64,000 nucleotides of DNA, from the IMG/VR virus record IMGVR_UViG_3300023184_000037, positions 81,138 through 145,137 of that record; one strand, written 5' to 3'. Every line of letters starts with the position of its first letter. Position 1 is the first letter of the stretch. Of this stretch, positions 48,365 through 58,592 are shown one piece after another. The stretch comes from a virus. The notes below the pieces were generated by a model. The model did not search any database. It saw nothing but the letters and a program-made list of their open reading frames with translations, and was not told where the DNA came from. The translations under genes were made by a program, and so were the position numbers.

Positions 48365-50200
48365 ATGGCAAACGAAGGATACGTTGGAGACAACAAATGG
48401 ATCCCCTCAGGGGAATCTGAAAAGGATGCACAAAAACTAGTATGGTCAACCAAAATCATTAATGACCTTACAGTTGCATTGGATAAAGGTTATAGACCCC
48501 AGGTCAGCATGCCCTTCTATGAGGGTAAACAATTCTTAAGAAGAGGTAATATTGTATTTGAATATACTGAAGATGAACTTAAAGAAATTGCAAAGTGTGC
48601 AAATGATATTGTATACTTTGCAGAAAAATATGCGGTTGTAATGACCGATAATGGTATTCAACAGGTAAAACTGCGTGAATATCAAAAAGACCTCCTAAGG
48701 GACTTTCAACACAATCGATTTAATATTGTGTTGGCATCTAGACAGATGGGTAAAACCGTAACTGCCAGTATTTTTAATGCATGGTACCTTACATTTAACT
48801 ATGACAAAACCACCCTACTACTTGCAAATAAATCTGAATCAACAAAAGAGATTATTGACAAGGCAAAAGTTGTAATTGAAAACCTTCCATTCTTTATGAA
48901 GCCAGGAATTATCAAATACGACGTAATGAACGTAAGGGCTGATAATGGTTGTAGACTGGTTGGTCAGTCAACTACTGCAAAGTCAGGTATTGGTTTTACT
49001 ATTCACAATTTATATCTTGATGAGTTTGCTCACGTTCACCCAACGATTGTAAATTCATTCTATGAAAACGTTTACCCTACACTTTCCGCTTCGAAGATTT
49101 CGAGAATCAATATTACATCTACGCCAAATGGATTTAATAAGTTCTATGAAATTTATGCCGATGCTGAAAAGGGACTTAATGAATATAAAGCAACCCGAAT
49201 AGATTGGTGGCAACATCCTGACAGGGACGATGCATGGTTTAAAAGAGAACTTGGAAACCTTGGTTCAGAGGATGCTTTTAATAGACAATATGGTAATGAG
49301 TTTACTAGCTCATCCAGTTTATTACTGAGCCCTGGTACAATGAAAAATATCCGAAAGAATGCCAAGAAATTTGTTTGGCATGATATTGAAGAGTTTGAAA
49401 ATGCCCACATCGATACGGAAGGGTACCTTTCATTCGACCCTAATTTTGATATTGAAGAGGCAGGAAATGAAGAGAAATACTACATGTTTTCAGTTGATAT
49501 TGCCGAAGGTAACGGAGGGGACTACTCGGTTATAAATATGTTTGAGGTCGAACCACTCCCCGATAAAGATATTGAAAACTATATTAATCCTGGAGCTATG
49601 TATGATTTCTTTAGACTTAATCAAGTTGGAGTATTCAGGAGTAATGAGCATCCAATCGAGGATTTTGCAAAAATCCTATACATATTGGCCCTAGAGGTAT
49701 TTAATCCTGAAAACGTTAAATTGATTATTGAATTTAATACCTATGGAAGTATCTTATTACAGTACCTCTCAACAGTTTTCCCAGGTCGAAATGAATTTGA
49801 AGACGAGATGGTCCTAAGATTTAAACATCGACATGACGCAAAAGCACCAAAGCCAGGAATCCGACTAAAATCTGACAATAAATCAGTTTTTTGCCAAAAC
49901 TTTAAAAAGTTCATTGAGATAAATCGTGTTAAAATAAATGATGTGCAGACAGTTCAAGAGGCCAGTCTTTTTGGAATTGTTAAAAATGGAAGTTATGGAG
50001 CCCAAATGGGAAATGACGATACAATTATGACATGTATTACCGCAACCGAATTTTTTACAACGGTAGATTACGCCGATTATATTGAAGAGTTACTAGATAT
50101 TATAGAGCCTGAAAAGCACGATCTTATGGAGAAGATTTTATACAAAAATAATGAAACTAGTGGAGACCTTCAATATGACATCTATGATTTATTGGGATAA
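48365..50200 (+). CDS. gp17: Terminase large subunit
   Basis: LREYQ, SRQMGKT, YLDEFA, TSTPNG, VDIAEG.GGDYS, GNDD. Confidence 0.95.
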   Translation: MANEGYVGDNKWIPSGESEKDAQKLVWSTKIINDLTVALDKGYRPQVSMPFYEGKQFLRRGNIVFEYTEDELKEIAKCANDIVYFAEKYAVVMTDNGIQQVKLREYQKDLLRDFQHNRFNIVLASRQMGKTVTASIFNAWYLTFNYDKTTLLLANKSESTKEIIDKAKVVIENLPFFMKPGIIKYDVMNVRADNGCRLVGQSTTAKSGIGFTIHNLYLDEFAHVHPTIVNSFYENVYPTLSASKISRINITSTPNGFNKFYEIYADAEKGLNEYKATRIDWWQHPDRDDAWFKRELGNLGSEDAFNRQYGNEFTSSSSLLLSPGTMKNIRKNAKKFVWHDIEEFENAHIDTEGYLSFDPNFDIEEAGNEEKYYMFSVDIAEGNGGDYSVINMFEVEPLPDKDIENYINPGAMYDFFRLNQVGVFRSNEHPIEDFAKILYILALEVFNPENVKLIIEFNTYGSILLQYLSTVFPGRNEFEDEMVLRFKHRHDAKAPKPGIRLKSDNKSVFCQNFKKFIEINRVKINDVQTVQEASLFGIVKNGSYGAQMGNDDTIMTCITATEFFTTVDYADYIEELLDIIEPEKHDLMEKILYKNNETSGDLQYDIYDLLG

Positions 50201-50252
50201 AATCCAGTTTAATTTAGATATATAATAAAAGAAAAAAAATATACTTAAAATT

Positions 50253-52538
50253 ATGGCACTAAGTCCGCAATTATTAAATTTTAAGAGCTCAGGAGTTTAT
50301 AGACTTGAGTTTGATAAATCTCAAACGGCAAATATTAACGTTGAGACTCTTAGATTAATGGTAGGTCACTCTAAAAAAGGTCCTTATAACACACCAGTTT
50401 TAATTGATTCAGTTGAAACTCTTACAAATGTGTTTGGAAACATTGATAAAAGTTTAGAAAAAAAGGGAATGTTTTTCCACAGATCTTGTATTGAAGCACT
50501 TTCAAGAGGTCCTATATTAGCCCTAAACCTTGAACACTTTACTATGGGAGATGTAGCATCTTACCAAAGTCCTGTAACATGTGGAGGCGCTGGAGCAGTA
50601 GGTATTACAGCAGATAGCGGTACTTATTCTTACCCATCGTTCTTTGATAACGATAAATTCATGGTTCCTTCAGACGCTGCTACATTAGCAACTATAGTTC
50701 CTGATGACGATCACGTCTTAAACTTTGTTAATATTAAACAAGATTCAATTACAATCATCGTAAGACAGGCTCAAGACGTTAAAGAATTTGACCTAACTGC
50801 AAGAGAATGGTATGGTGTTGGAAATGTTCCAGAATACTTAAATGAATTTGACAAAATGTCAGACTTTATGATTGATGTATTCGTATTTAAAGGAGAATTC
50901 GATGCTGCTGCAATGGTAAATGACCCAATCTACTCTGCCTACTTTACAGCAGACGGTTTGAAAAAAGAAAAACTTGCACAATTTGCAAACTTAAGACAAG
51001 TTAGTTTAATTGCACAATATACAGGTTCTATCTTACCAGGATTTAAAGACCTTGAAGGTAGAAACTTATACATAGAATCAGTTGTTAATGCAGAAGCTAG
51101 AAGAACTGGTTTATTCTGTGCAGTTGAAGAAAACATGGTTATGGATGAGCAAGGAACCAAAGTTGATTTACTAGGACACGTTTATAATGGTGCAAATAGT
51201 TATGAATTATTATCGCACTACGTTCCTGTTGGAGATAGAGACACTGCTTACGATGTAACAGTTGACAATGGTGTATTAGGAACTAATGCATTATTAAATG
51301 AATCACATTTTACAGTAACTTATGCAACAGGTGATGAGCCTGCCCCATTCCCAATTACAGTTGGACAATATGTTGATGCTGATGCAGCTAATAGACTTGC
51401 AAGAGTTAATAGAGTTGCAAAATCAATAGTCGGTGGAAATACTATTTTCACAGTTTATACTGATGTAACTCCTGATTACCAAGATAGAATTATTAAATCA
51501 TATGAAGATGCTTCTCTAGTTTACAAAACTTTTGTATTGGCTAAAGCAAATATAACTGGAAAAGAAATAAGCGACTATTTATCAGTTCTTTCTGGTGGTA
51601 ATGGAATCTATGATGCCCTAATCGACAAAGACATTATTGATTTTAGATATGTTGTAGATACTTTTACATCTTTTGATGAGAACGGATTAAACAACAAGAG
51701 CAATCTTTCTCAATTAGCAAAAGACAGACAAAATGCTGCCGCAATATTAAATGCTCCAACAATTGAAGATTTTAAAAAATCTACTGACCCATCATTTACT
51801 GATGAGAATCTAGCATTTGATACTGTTTATATTGCAGCAGGTGGTAATCAAGATAAAAACCCAACTAAAATTTATGCTCTTCCAAGTATAAATCAAGGTG
51901 CAAACTATGCGTTCTACTACGGACCTGGTTTAATTGTAAGCGACAACGGAAAGGACATTATTGTTCCTCCAGCTGCTTATGTTTGTAACAACTACATCGA
52001 CAAGTACACGAACGCCCTTCCATGGTCAATCGTTGCTGGTCCAAGAAGAGGAGTTGTTGCTGGTACAAACGTTAAAGGAGTTGAATATGCATTTGATAAA
52101 AAAGATAGAGATATTCTAGAGCCATTCGGTTACAATCCAATTGTATTCCAAAGAGGAACTGGTTTAACTATCTTAGGTAATAAAACTGCTCAACAATCTA
52201 TTAAATCTGCACTTTCTTCTGCTCACGTAAGAGAGGTACTTATTTACATTCAAGATGGTATGGCTGATATTCTTAAAGATTACGTATTTGAATTTAATAC
52301 TGCTCAAACAAGACTTGAAATCAAAACTTTAGCAGATTCATTCTTACAAAGTGTTAAACAAGATAATGGTGTTTATGAGTTTAAAAACGTAATGGACTCT
52401 ACGAATAACACTAACGAGGTTATTGATAACAATATGGGTATAATTGATACTTATGTAGAACCAGTTAAAGGTTTAGAGATTGTAGTTCATAGAACAACAG
52501 TTTTAAATACTGGAGAAATTCAATCTGGTAACCTATAA
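50253..52538 (+). CDS. gp18: Tail sheath protein
   Basis: SSGVY..EFD, VPPAA, AGPRRG, NPI, FEFN...TR. Confidence 0.92.
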   Translation: MALSPQLLNFKSSGVYRLEFDKSQTANINVETLRLMVGHSKKGPYNTPVLIDSVETLTNVFGNIDKSLEKKGMFFHRSCIEALSRGPILALNLEHFTMGDVASYQSPVTCGGAGAVGITADSGTYSYPSFFDNDKFMVPSDAATLATIVPDDDHVLNFVNIKQDSITIIVRQAQDVKEFDLTAREWYGVGNVPEYLNEFDKMSDFMIDVFVFKGEFDAAAMVNDPIYSAYFTADGLKKEKLAQFANLRQVSLIAQYTGSILPGFKDLEGRNLYIESVVNAEARRTGLFCAVEENMVMDEQGTKVDLLGHVYNGANSYELLSHYVPVGDRDTAYDVTVDNGVLGTNALLNESHFTVTYATGDEPAPFPITVGQYVDADAANRLARVNRVAKSIVGGNTIFTVYTDVTPDYQDRIIKSYEDASLVYKTFVLAKANITGKEISDYLSVLSGGNGIYDALIDKDIIDFRYVVDTFTSFDENGLNNKSNLSQLAKDRQNAAAILNAPTIEDFKKSTDPSFTDENLAFDTVYIAAGGNQDKNPTKIYALPSINQGANYAFYYGPGLIVSDNGKDIIVPPAAYVCNNYIDKYTNALPWSIVAGPRRGVVAGTNVKGVEYAFDKKDRDILEPFGYNPIVFQRGTGLTILGNKTAQQSIKSALSSAHVREVLIYIQDGMADILKDYVFEFNTAQTRLEIKTLADSFLQSVKQDNGVYEFKNVMDSTNNTNEVIDNNMGIIDTYVEPVKGLEIVVHRTTVLNTGEIQSGNL

Positions 52539-52571
52539 TCGTGATATATAAAAAAATAAAAATTAATTAAC

Positions 52572-53126
52572 ATGGGATTACCACACTATAGTCAAGACCA
52601 AACGTCTAGAAAAGGTAGAAATTTTGAACCAATCCAGCCTAACCTGTTTGAAGTTACTGTACTTCCTCCAGCAGGTGTTGCAGATGCTCCACTACTTTTA
52701 CAACACGTTAATTCTATCGGAGGATTAGAATTATACAAAGAAATTGCTGCAGTAGAACAAAAATACAAATGGGTTACTAGATCGTTCGCTGGTATGCCTG
52801 ATGGAACTGCAGTTGATGTTACCATTAACTTCTCATTAAACTTAAATGAAGCAAATCAGGCTTATTTATACAAATCAATGAGACAATGGTATAACTTAAG
52901 ATATGACCCGAACACAGGTACAATGGGACTTAAAAAAGATTACGTAGGTACTATTGTTATCGTACAGTTTAACAGAGCTGGAGATATTTATAGAACAGTA
53001 ACTTTAGAAGATTGCCAAATTACTTCAGGTTTAGGTTTTACAAACGAATTAAGTTACGAAACAAAAGACGCTGCTGCTTTAGAAGTAACATTTAGATGTG
53101 ATGCTTGGAAAGAAGTTTTAGCATAA
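52572..53126 (+). CDS. gp19: Tail tube protein
   Basis: NLFEV, RSFAG, W, KKDY, EVTFRCD.W; follows the sheath gene. Confidence 0.85.
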   Translation: MGLPHYSQDQTSRKGRNFEPIQPNLFEVTVLPPAGVADAPLLLQHVNSIGGLELYKEIAAVEQKYKWVTRSFAGMPDGTAVDVTINFSLNLNEANQAYLYKSMRQWYNLRYDPNTGTMGLKKDYVGTIVIVQFNRAGDIYRTVTLEDCQITSGLGFTNELSYETKDAAALEVTFRCDAWKEVLA

Positions 53127-53139
53127 TTATTTAAAAGAG

Positions 53140-53175
53140 TATAGGGAATAATTGATTTGTTCCCTATATTTTTTT
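53140..53175 (+). terminator. Intrinsic terminator
   Basis: TATAGGGAA/TTCCCTATA plus T run. Confidence 0.75.
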
Positions 53176-53213
53176 GAAACAAAAACATAATATAATGATA
53201 ATATAATATATTG

Positions 53214-53429
53214 ATGGATAAACTAACCAAGAAGTTACAGGTCCTATTATCAGAAGACGAGGTTGCTCTCATTAATCGTATAATACTTAGTGAGGCTATC
53301 GAAACTGGACAGCGACCAATTTCAATTTCCGCATTTATTAGAGATGTTATAAGAGCCGAAATAGACAAAAGATCAGAAACAATAACTAAATTTAATAAAA
53401 TTGACATTAAAAAACTTAAAAACAAATAA
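53214..53429 (+). CDS. Ribbon-helix-helix-like DNA-binding protein
   Basis: KKLQVLLSEDE...SISAFIRDVI. Confidence 0.6.
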   Translation: MDKLTKKLQVLLSEDEVALINRIILSEAIETGQRPISISAFIRDVIRAEIDKRSETITKFNKIDIKKLKNK

Positions 53430-53432
53430 TTT

Positions 53433-54407
53433 ATGAGTACAGAAAACGATTCAAATCTAGAAGAACAATATAAAAATATAGTTCAATCTGTAGAAAATCA
53501 AGAGGTTCATGAACCGGAAGTACAACAAGTACAAGAAGCACCCTTAAACCTAGGAAAGGTTAACATGGAAAGATTTACTGGAGAAAAAGCAGAAGATGCT
53601 GATTTCCACTTAGGTTATCATACAATTCCATTACTTTCGTTACCTTCAGGAGGTATGTTTTACCCAGAAGGAACTCAACTTTCGATACGTTCTGCTAAGG
53701 TTGCAGAAATTAGACATTTTTCAACAATTGATGAAACTAACGTTTTAGACATTGACGATAAATTAAATTCAATAGTTGATTCATGTACAAGAATTACATG
53801 TACAGCAAAACGATTATCATACAAAGACCTTTTAGAAGAGGACCGTTTCTTTGTTATTCTCTCTATTAGAGACCTGACCTTTCCAGAGCCAGAATCAAAC
53901 TTAAAAATTGAGCACACTAGCAAGAAAGGTGAAAGACATGAAATTGAAATTAAAAAAGACTATTTTCAATACTTTAAAATTCCAGCAGAACTTGACAAGT
54001 ACTATGATTCAGAAGCAAAGGCTTTCTTAGTTGAAACCAAATCTTTTGGAACTCTTGAAATGAAACCACCTGCTATCGGTGTTATGCAAAAAATTACTGC
54101 ATACATTAAAGAGAAACAACAAAAAGGACTTAAAGTTGACCAATCAGTACTTCAAATCATTCCTTATTTACACAAGGATTGGAGAACATTCAATGATAAA
54201 ACAATTTTTGAATTTGAAATTGAATTAAACGGATGGACAAATAAAAAATACAATCTAGTTTATACATTGGCTGAAAAGATGAAAGTCGGGATTCAACCAA
54301 ATATGCTAGTACAATTAGGGGACGAGGAGGAAGAGGTTCCCATCAGTTTTCGTGACGGAATCAAATCTCTTTTCATTGTTCAAGATATCGCTGGAGAACT
54401 TCTTTAA
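53433..54407 (+). CDS. Baseplate hub / tail assembly chaperone (gp26-like)
   Basis: LPSGGMFYP, DRFFVILSIR; lies between tube and tape-measure genes. Confidence 0.6.
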   Translation: MSTENDSNLEEQYKNIVQSVENQEVHEPEVQQVQEAPLNLGKVNMERFTGEKAEDADFHLGYHTIPLLSLPSGGMFYPEGTQLSIRSAKVAEIRHFSTIDETNVLDIDDKLNSIVDSCTRITCTAKRLSYKDLLEEDRFFVILSIRDLTFPEPESNLKIEHTSKKGERHEIEIKKDYFQYFKIPAELDKYYDSEAKAFLVETKSFGTLEMKPPAIGVMQKITAYIKEKQQKGLKVDQSVLQIIPYLHKDWRTFNDKTIFEFEIELNGWTNKKYNLVYTLAEKMKVGIQPNMLVQLGDEEEEVPISFRDGIKSLFIVQDIAGELL

Positions 54408-54624
54408 AACGAAGTTTCACATATATCTTAAACTTCATATGCAACCATCGGAGCTTGAAGGTATGGAATACTATGAATTCCATTATCTTGTTAAAGACTT
54501 GATAGACCATATGAAAGAGGAGAATAAACAAAACCAAGGTCAAAATGATGCAACGTCTGGTATGATGAGTAATATTAAAATGCCAAACATGAAAATGCCA
54601 AACATCAGTATGCCAAAAATATAA
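54376..54624 (+). CDS. Baseplate hub assembly chaperone (gp51-like); TTG start or frameshift product
   Basis: SLENFFKTKF...PSELEGMEYYE pattern; overlaps the upstream gene in the +1 frame. Confidence 0.55.
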   Translation: MFKISLENFFKTKFHIYLKLHMQPSELEGMEYYEFHYLVKDLIDHMKEENKQNQGQNDATSGMMSNIKMPNMKMPNISMPKI

Positions 54625-54626
54625 AC

Positions 54627-54653
54627 AAAGGGTCCCTAATCGGACCCTTTTTT
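54627..54653 (+). terminator. Intrinsic terminator
   Basis: AAAGGGTCC/GGACCCTTT plus T run. Confidence 0.8.
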
Positions 54654-54702
54654 ATTTGGATATATAACAAAGATAAGGCTTATCTTAAAAAAATTAACAA
54701 AT

Positions 54703-57384
54703 GTGACTCAAAGCAATAAACAACTTTCACTACTAACAAGCCCGTTACAGAGAATCGCAGACGCTACTGAAGCAACTACAGTTATTCTTAATAAAATAGC
54801 TGAAGTTATTTTAAGTGGGGCAAGTAGTAAATCCGGAGAAGCCACTTCAGATGAGCTTAAAAAGCAAACAACAATACTTACAGATATTCGAAGCATCTTA
54901 CGGGAGCAAAATAAAGTATTAGCAAAAGGAGCCGGAGCCAAGGGTGGACCTGGAGGTGGAATGTTTTCACCAATGTCTGCTAAAGATGTTGGATTAACTG
55001 CTCTGATGATAGTTGGAGTTGCTGGCGCAATTGTTGGAGCTGCTGCGATATTCACATTAGTTCCAGTTATTACAATAGGACAGTTGCTTACAGTACTTGC
55101 AGTTGCAGGTATTTTTGCACTTATTGCACCGACATTTGTTAAAATTGCCGAAGTACTTAGTGGAAGTAAAGACCTTGCAGGAAATGCCAAAGGAGGAGAT
55201 GTGAGTAGTCCAAAATCACTATTTGCACTTGCCGGAGCAACTACACTCGCAATGGTAGGCATCGCAATATCTATAGTCTTAAGTGGTGCAATATTTACCC
55301 TAATGCCAGTTATTACCGGAGGTCAATTCTTAACAGCGTTGGCGATTGCAGTTATAATGATTCCAGCTGCTTTTGCATATTCAATGATTCTTAAAGCAAC
55401 CAAAGGACTTAAGAAAGAACAATTAATATTTGCCGCAGTTGCAATACCATTAATGGCGCTTGGTATTGTTGGAGCTGCTTATGCATTTATGTTATTACCT
55501 AAAGGAGATAATTTAGTGGCTCCAGATCCTATATGGACACTTAAGGCTGCACTTGCCATTGGATTATTTGCAGTTGGATTCTTTTTTATTATGAAAGCAA
55601 TTAAAGGTGCACAAACTAAAGACATTGTTTTTGGTTCGCTTGCAATTCCATTAATCGCTGTTGCAATTGTTTTAATTGCATATATTTTTATGGCCCTTCC
55701 TAAGGGTGATAATTTAATGGCTCCAGACCCTATATGGACTCTTAAATCGGCTCTTGCCATTGGACTATTTGCAGTTGGTTTCTATTTTATTATGAGAGCA
55801 ATTCAAGGAGCTTCACTTAGAGATATTTTATTTGGAGCAATCGCTATTCCAGTTATGGCAATTGGTATTGTCTTAACCGCATGGATTTTTATGGCATTGC
55901 CAAAAGATTCAGTTGCACCGGATCCGATGTGGGTTCTTAAAGCAGGTTTTGCAATGCTTATTTTTGCAATTCCTTTTTATATAATTTCAAGAGCAATTCA
56001 AGGAATGACTCTTAAAGAAATGTTATTTATGGCGCTTGCAATTCCAATTATTGCATTTGGAGTTCTTGCAACCGCATGGATTTTCCAAGGACTTGCTGGA
56101 ATTCAATTTGTAGCACCTGAACCGATGTGGACTCTTAAAGCCGCACTTGCTATTGTCCTATTTGGAGCAATGATATATCTTTCAAGTAAAACTATTGGAA
56201 AACTAAGTATAGGTGACATGCTTAAATCCTTACTAGGTGTTGTAGTTGCGTCGTTTGCAGTAATCGCAGTTGCCTGGTTATTTTCAATATTACCTAGTAC
56301 ATTTACTGCACCTCCATTAGAATGGACCCTAGCCGCCGCAGTTGCAATTGGAGCGTTTGGAACTGTTATTGCAGCCGTTGGTATAGCAGTTCAGGCATTG
56401 ACGCCTGCAACACTTCTTATGGGAGCCTTAGGTATTATTGTTATTGCAATTGTAATCGTGGCAGTTGGTTGGATTCTTTCCCTATTAGAAGGCGCAATGC
56501 CAGCACTTAAAACAGTTGCTGGAGGATTTGTCGATATTATAATGATGCCAATCAATGCAATTATAACCGCATTTTCTCGATTTAAAAATGAAATTGGAAT
56601 TGAAAACATGATTCCCCTTGCAGTTGGTGTAGCCGCTCTTGGTGGAGCATGGTTGATATTTTCTGCCGCAGTAGCCGGTGGAGATGTTGCAGGACTTCTT
56701 GGTTCGGCAGCTGGAGCAGTTGGAGCAATCTTTGATGGTATTGCCTCTCTTTTTGGAGGAGATACTCCATCACCGCTGGATATATTAAAAGAACTTGCAA
56801 TACTTGGACCTCAAATTCAAACACTAGCAGTCCCACTTACTGCAGTTGGTACCGCATTTGCAATGATTAACAAATCAGCAGCTGGAGTTTCCAAAGCATT
56901 CGAAAGCGTTACAACTTTTGTTGAAGATACTGATTCTGGCGATTTAGCGGCCGATGCAAAATCATTAACAAGTATTGCAAACTCCTATACTAAGATTTCG
57001 AATGCTAGCCGAACCCTAAACGTAAAGGCAATTGAAACTACTACAAATATGTTTAAGGCCCTTACGGATCTTGCCAAGAATAATGGAGAATCTGCAATGG
57101 GAATCTTAGCAGATAAATTACTTGTAGCGGTTAAAGAACTTACGGCAGCCGCCGGAAATCTTGAAGCCAGTGTTGCAAAACAAGGAGACGCTACAAGTGG
57201 AATCGGAGACGCAGTTTCTGGAGCAATAGATTCAGTTAAAGAAACTGTTACTGGAGTTAAAAAAGAAGTAGGTAAAATGACTGCCGATGCAAAAGGAGCT
57301 ATGGACCTGACACCACTTATTGATGCAATAACAAAATTAGAAGAACGTTTCGATACATTTATTACTGTTAAAATAAAACAGTAA
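54703..57384 (+). CDS. Tape-measure-like protein with hydrophobic tandem repeats
   Basis: 893 aa, Ala/Gly/Ile-rich; ~66-68 aa repeats AP(D/E)P.WTLK; follows the chaperones; late promoter. Confidence 0.6.
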   Translation: MTQSNKQLSLLTSPLQRIADATEATTVILNKIAEVILSGASSKSGEATSDELKKQTTILTDIRSILREQNKVLAKGAGAKGGPGGGMFSPMSAKDVGLTALMIVGVAGAIVGAAAIFTLVPVITIGQLLTVLAVAGIFALIAPTFVKIAEVLSGSKDLAGNAKGGDVSSPKSLFALAGATTLAMVGIAISIVLSGAIFTLMPVITGGQFLTALAIAVIMIPAAFAYSMILKATKGLKKEQLIFAAVAIPLMALGIVGAAYAFMLLPKGDNLVAPDPIWTLKAALAIGLFAVGFFFIMKAIKGAQTKDIVFGSLAIPLIAVAIVLIAYIFMALPKGDNLMAPDPIWTLKSALAIGLFAVGFYFIMRAIQGASLRDILFGAIAIPVMAIGIVLTAWIFMALPKDSVAPDPMWVLKAGFAMLIFAIPFYIISRAIQGMTLKEMLFMALAIPIIAFGVLATAWIFQGLAGIQFVAPEPMWTLKAALAIVLFGAMIYLSSKTIGKLSIGDMLKSLLGVVVASFAVIAVAWLFSILPSTFTAPPLEWTLAAAVAIGAFGTVIAAVGIAVQALTPATLLMGALGIIVIAIVIVAVGWILSLLEGAMPALKTVAGGFVDIIMMPINAIITAFSRFKNEIGIENMIPLAVGVAALGGAWLIFSAAVAGGDVAGLLGSAAGAVGAIFDGIASLFGGDTPSPLDILKELAILGPQIQTLAVPLTAVGTAFAMINKSAAGVSKAFESVTTFVEDTDSGDLAADAKSLTSIANSYTKISNASRTLNVKAIETTTNMFKALTDLAKNNGESAMGILADKLLVAVKELTAAAGNLEASVAKQGDATSGIGDAVSGAIDSVKETVTGVKKEVGKMTADAKGAMDLTPLIDAITKLEERFDTFITVKIKQ

Positions 57385-57450
57385 ACAAATCCAACATTTT
57401 TTATATAATATTTAAGTTCTTTGAAAGGGGTTAAATAAAAACTATAAATT

Positions 57451-57825
57451 ATGATAGAACAAATTTTAGCATTTGTTTTAGGTGCCGGCACAGGTTTCCT
57501 TATTTGGGGAGTTGTGTTAGCGTTTATGACAGCAAGAAAATTAAAAGGGGTACAAGAAGAGTTACCAAACATTTATGCATGTATAGACAACCTTAGTGAG
57601 GAATTACATCGCAGAATTGACCAAGAAATTAGTAGAACCGACGAATTATACAGGGATTCTATTAAGCACACTGATTCTAGAGTCGATAAATTAGAATCAA
57701 AATTCGAATCAAAATTTGACAATTTAGGTGATATTCCATTACAATTATCTGAATTACGTCAAAGAATAAATAACACTATTGAATTAGTAAATGACATAAC
57801 GGGACTTACCGTTAAGAAAAAATAA
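57451..57825 (+). CDS. Single-TM coiled-coil protein
   Basis: N-terminal hydrophobic helix, then heptads. Confidence 0.6.
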   Translation: MIEQILAFVLGAGTGFLIWGVVLAFMTARKLKGVQEELPNIYACIDNLSEELHRRIDQEISRTDELYRDSIKHTDSRVDKLESKFESKFDNLGDIPLQLSELRQRINNTIELVNDITGLTVKKK

Positions 57826-57872
57826 ACCAAATCCCCTTTCAAATAACTTTTAAACCTTTAAAAACTTTAAAT

Positions 57873-58127
57873 ATGAAATACCTTTATTTTAGTGCACCAT
57901 GGTGTGGACCTTGTAAACAATTAGCACCAAAAATGGAATTGGTTGCTGAAACGGTTGCTGTTGAAAAAATCCTTGTGGATTCAGACGCAGAAACAACTCA
58001 AAAGTATGGAATCCGAAATATTCCAACTGTAGTATTAATTGATGATAATGGAGTTGAGCTTGAAAGAATTGTAGGAGCTCATCCAGTTGAATTCTATCTT
58101 GAAAAATTTGAAAATCATGTTAAGTAG
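57873..58127 (+). CDS. trxA: Thioredoxin
   Basis: WCGPC, IRNIPT. Confidence 0.92.
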   Translation: MKYLYFSAPWCGPCKQLAPKMELVAETVAVEKILVDSDAETTQKYGIRNIPTVVLIDDNGVELERIVGAHPVEFYLEKFENHVK

Positions 58128-58443
58128 AGAATCAATTGTTCAGAGATTATTAGATGAGAAACTTATAACAGTTGAAGAGGCAGTTGTCTTATTAAAAACT
58201 GAAGTTACTAAATGGTTGCCAAACCCAAGTAGTCCAGGTATTACAACACCATGGATTGGACCAGGACAGCCATATCAACCTTACACTGCGCCGAGTACAC
58301 CAATTAATCCAATGTACCCTCATTGTGATTGGACTGTGCGACCAGAAACTATGCCATATTATGGAAGTTGGCCATCACATACAGGAACTACAAATCCTAA
58401 TAACTTTGCATGCACAACAAACGAAAATTGGGCTGCTAAATAA
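58117..58443 (+). CDS. Hypothetical Pro-rich protein
   Basis: MLSRESIVQRLLDEKLITVEEAVVLL plus low-complexity tail. Confidence 0.55.
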   Translation: MLSRESIVQRLLDEKLITVEEAVVLLKTEVTKWLPNPSSPGITTPWIGPGQPYQPYTAPSTPINPMYPHCDWTVRPETMPYYGSWPSHTGTTNPNNFACTTNENWAAK

Positions 58444-58447
58444 AAAA

Positions 58448-58468
58448 GCCAGGGTTATTTACCCTGGC
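58448..58468. terminator. Bidirectional terminator hairpin between convergent genes
   Basis: GCCAGGGT/ACCCTGGC. Confidence 0.65.
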
Positions 58469-58592
58469 CTTTGTATGGTTTTTTGTATTTTTGAGCTCCT
58501 TTATTCTTAGTGCTTTTAGTTTTTGCATGAACCCCTTTTCTTTTCTTTTTTGGAGTTGCAGTAAAAGCACCTCCGGTAGTTGGTTTTGCCAT
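58455..58592 (-). CDS. 45 aa highly basic late protein
   Basis: Hand translation MAKPTTGGAFTATPKKKRKGVHAKTKSTKNKGAQKYKKPYKGQGK; GATAAATA at 58626-58619. Confidence 0.7.
   Translation of the reverse strand: MAKPTTGGAFTATPKKKRKGVHAKTKSTKNKGAQKYKKPYKGQGK

Noticed and set aside
751-57572. Numerous minus-strand and alternate-frame ORFs in the track (e.g. 3054-3560, 36965-37336, 40620-40910, 54708-55262, 56985-57572)
   Set aside because: They overlap well-supported + strand genes, lack motifs and promoters, and look like antisense shadows of biased codon usage.
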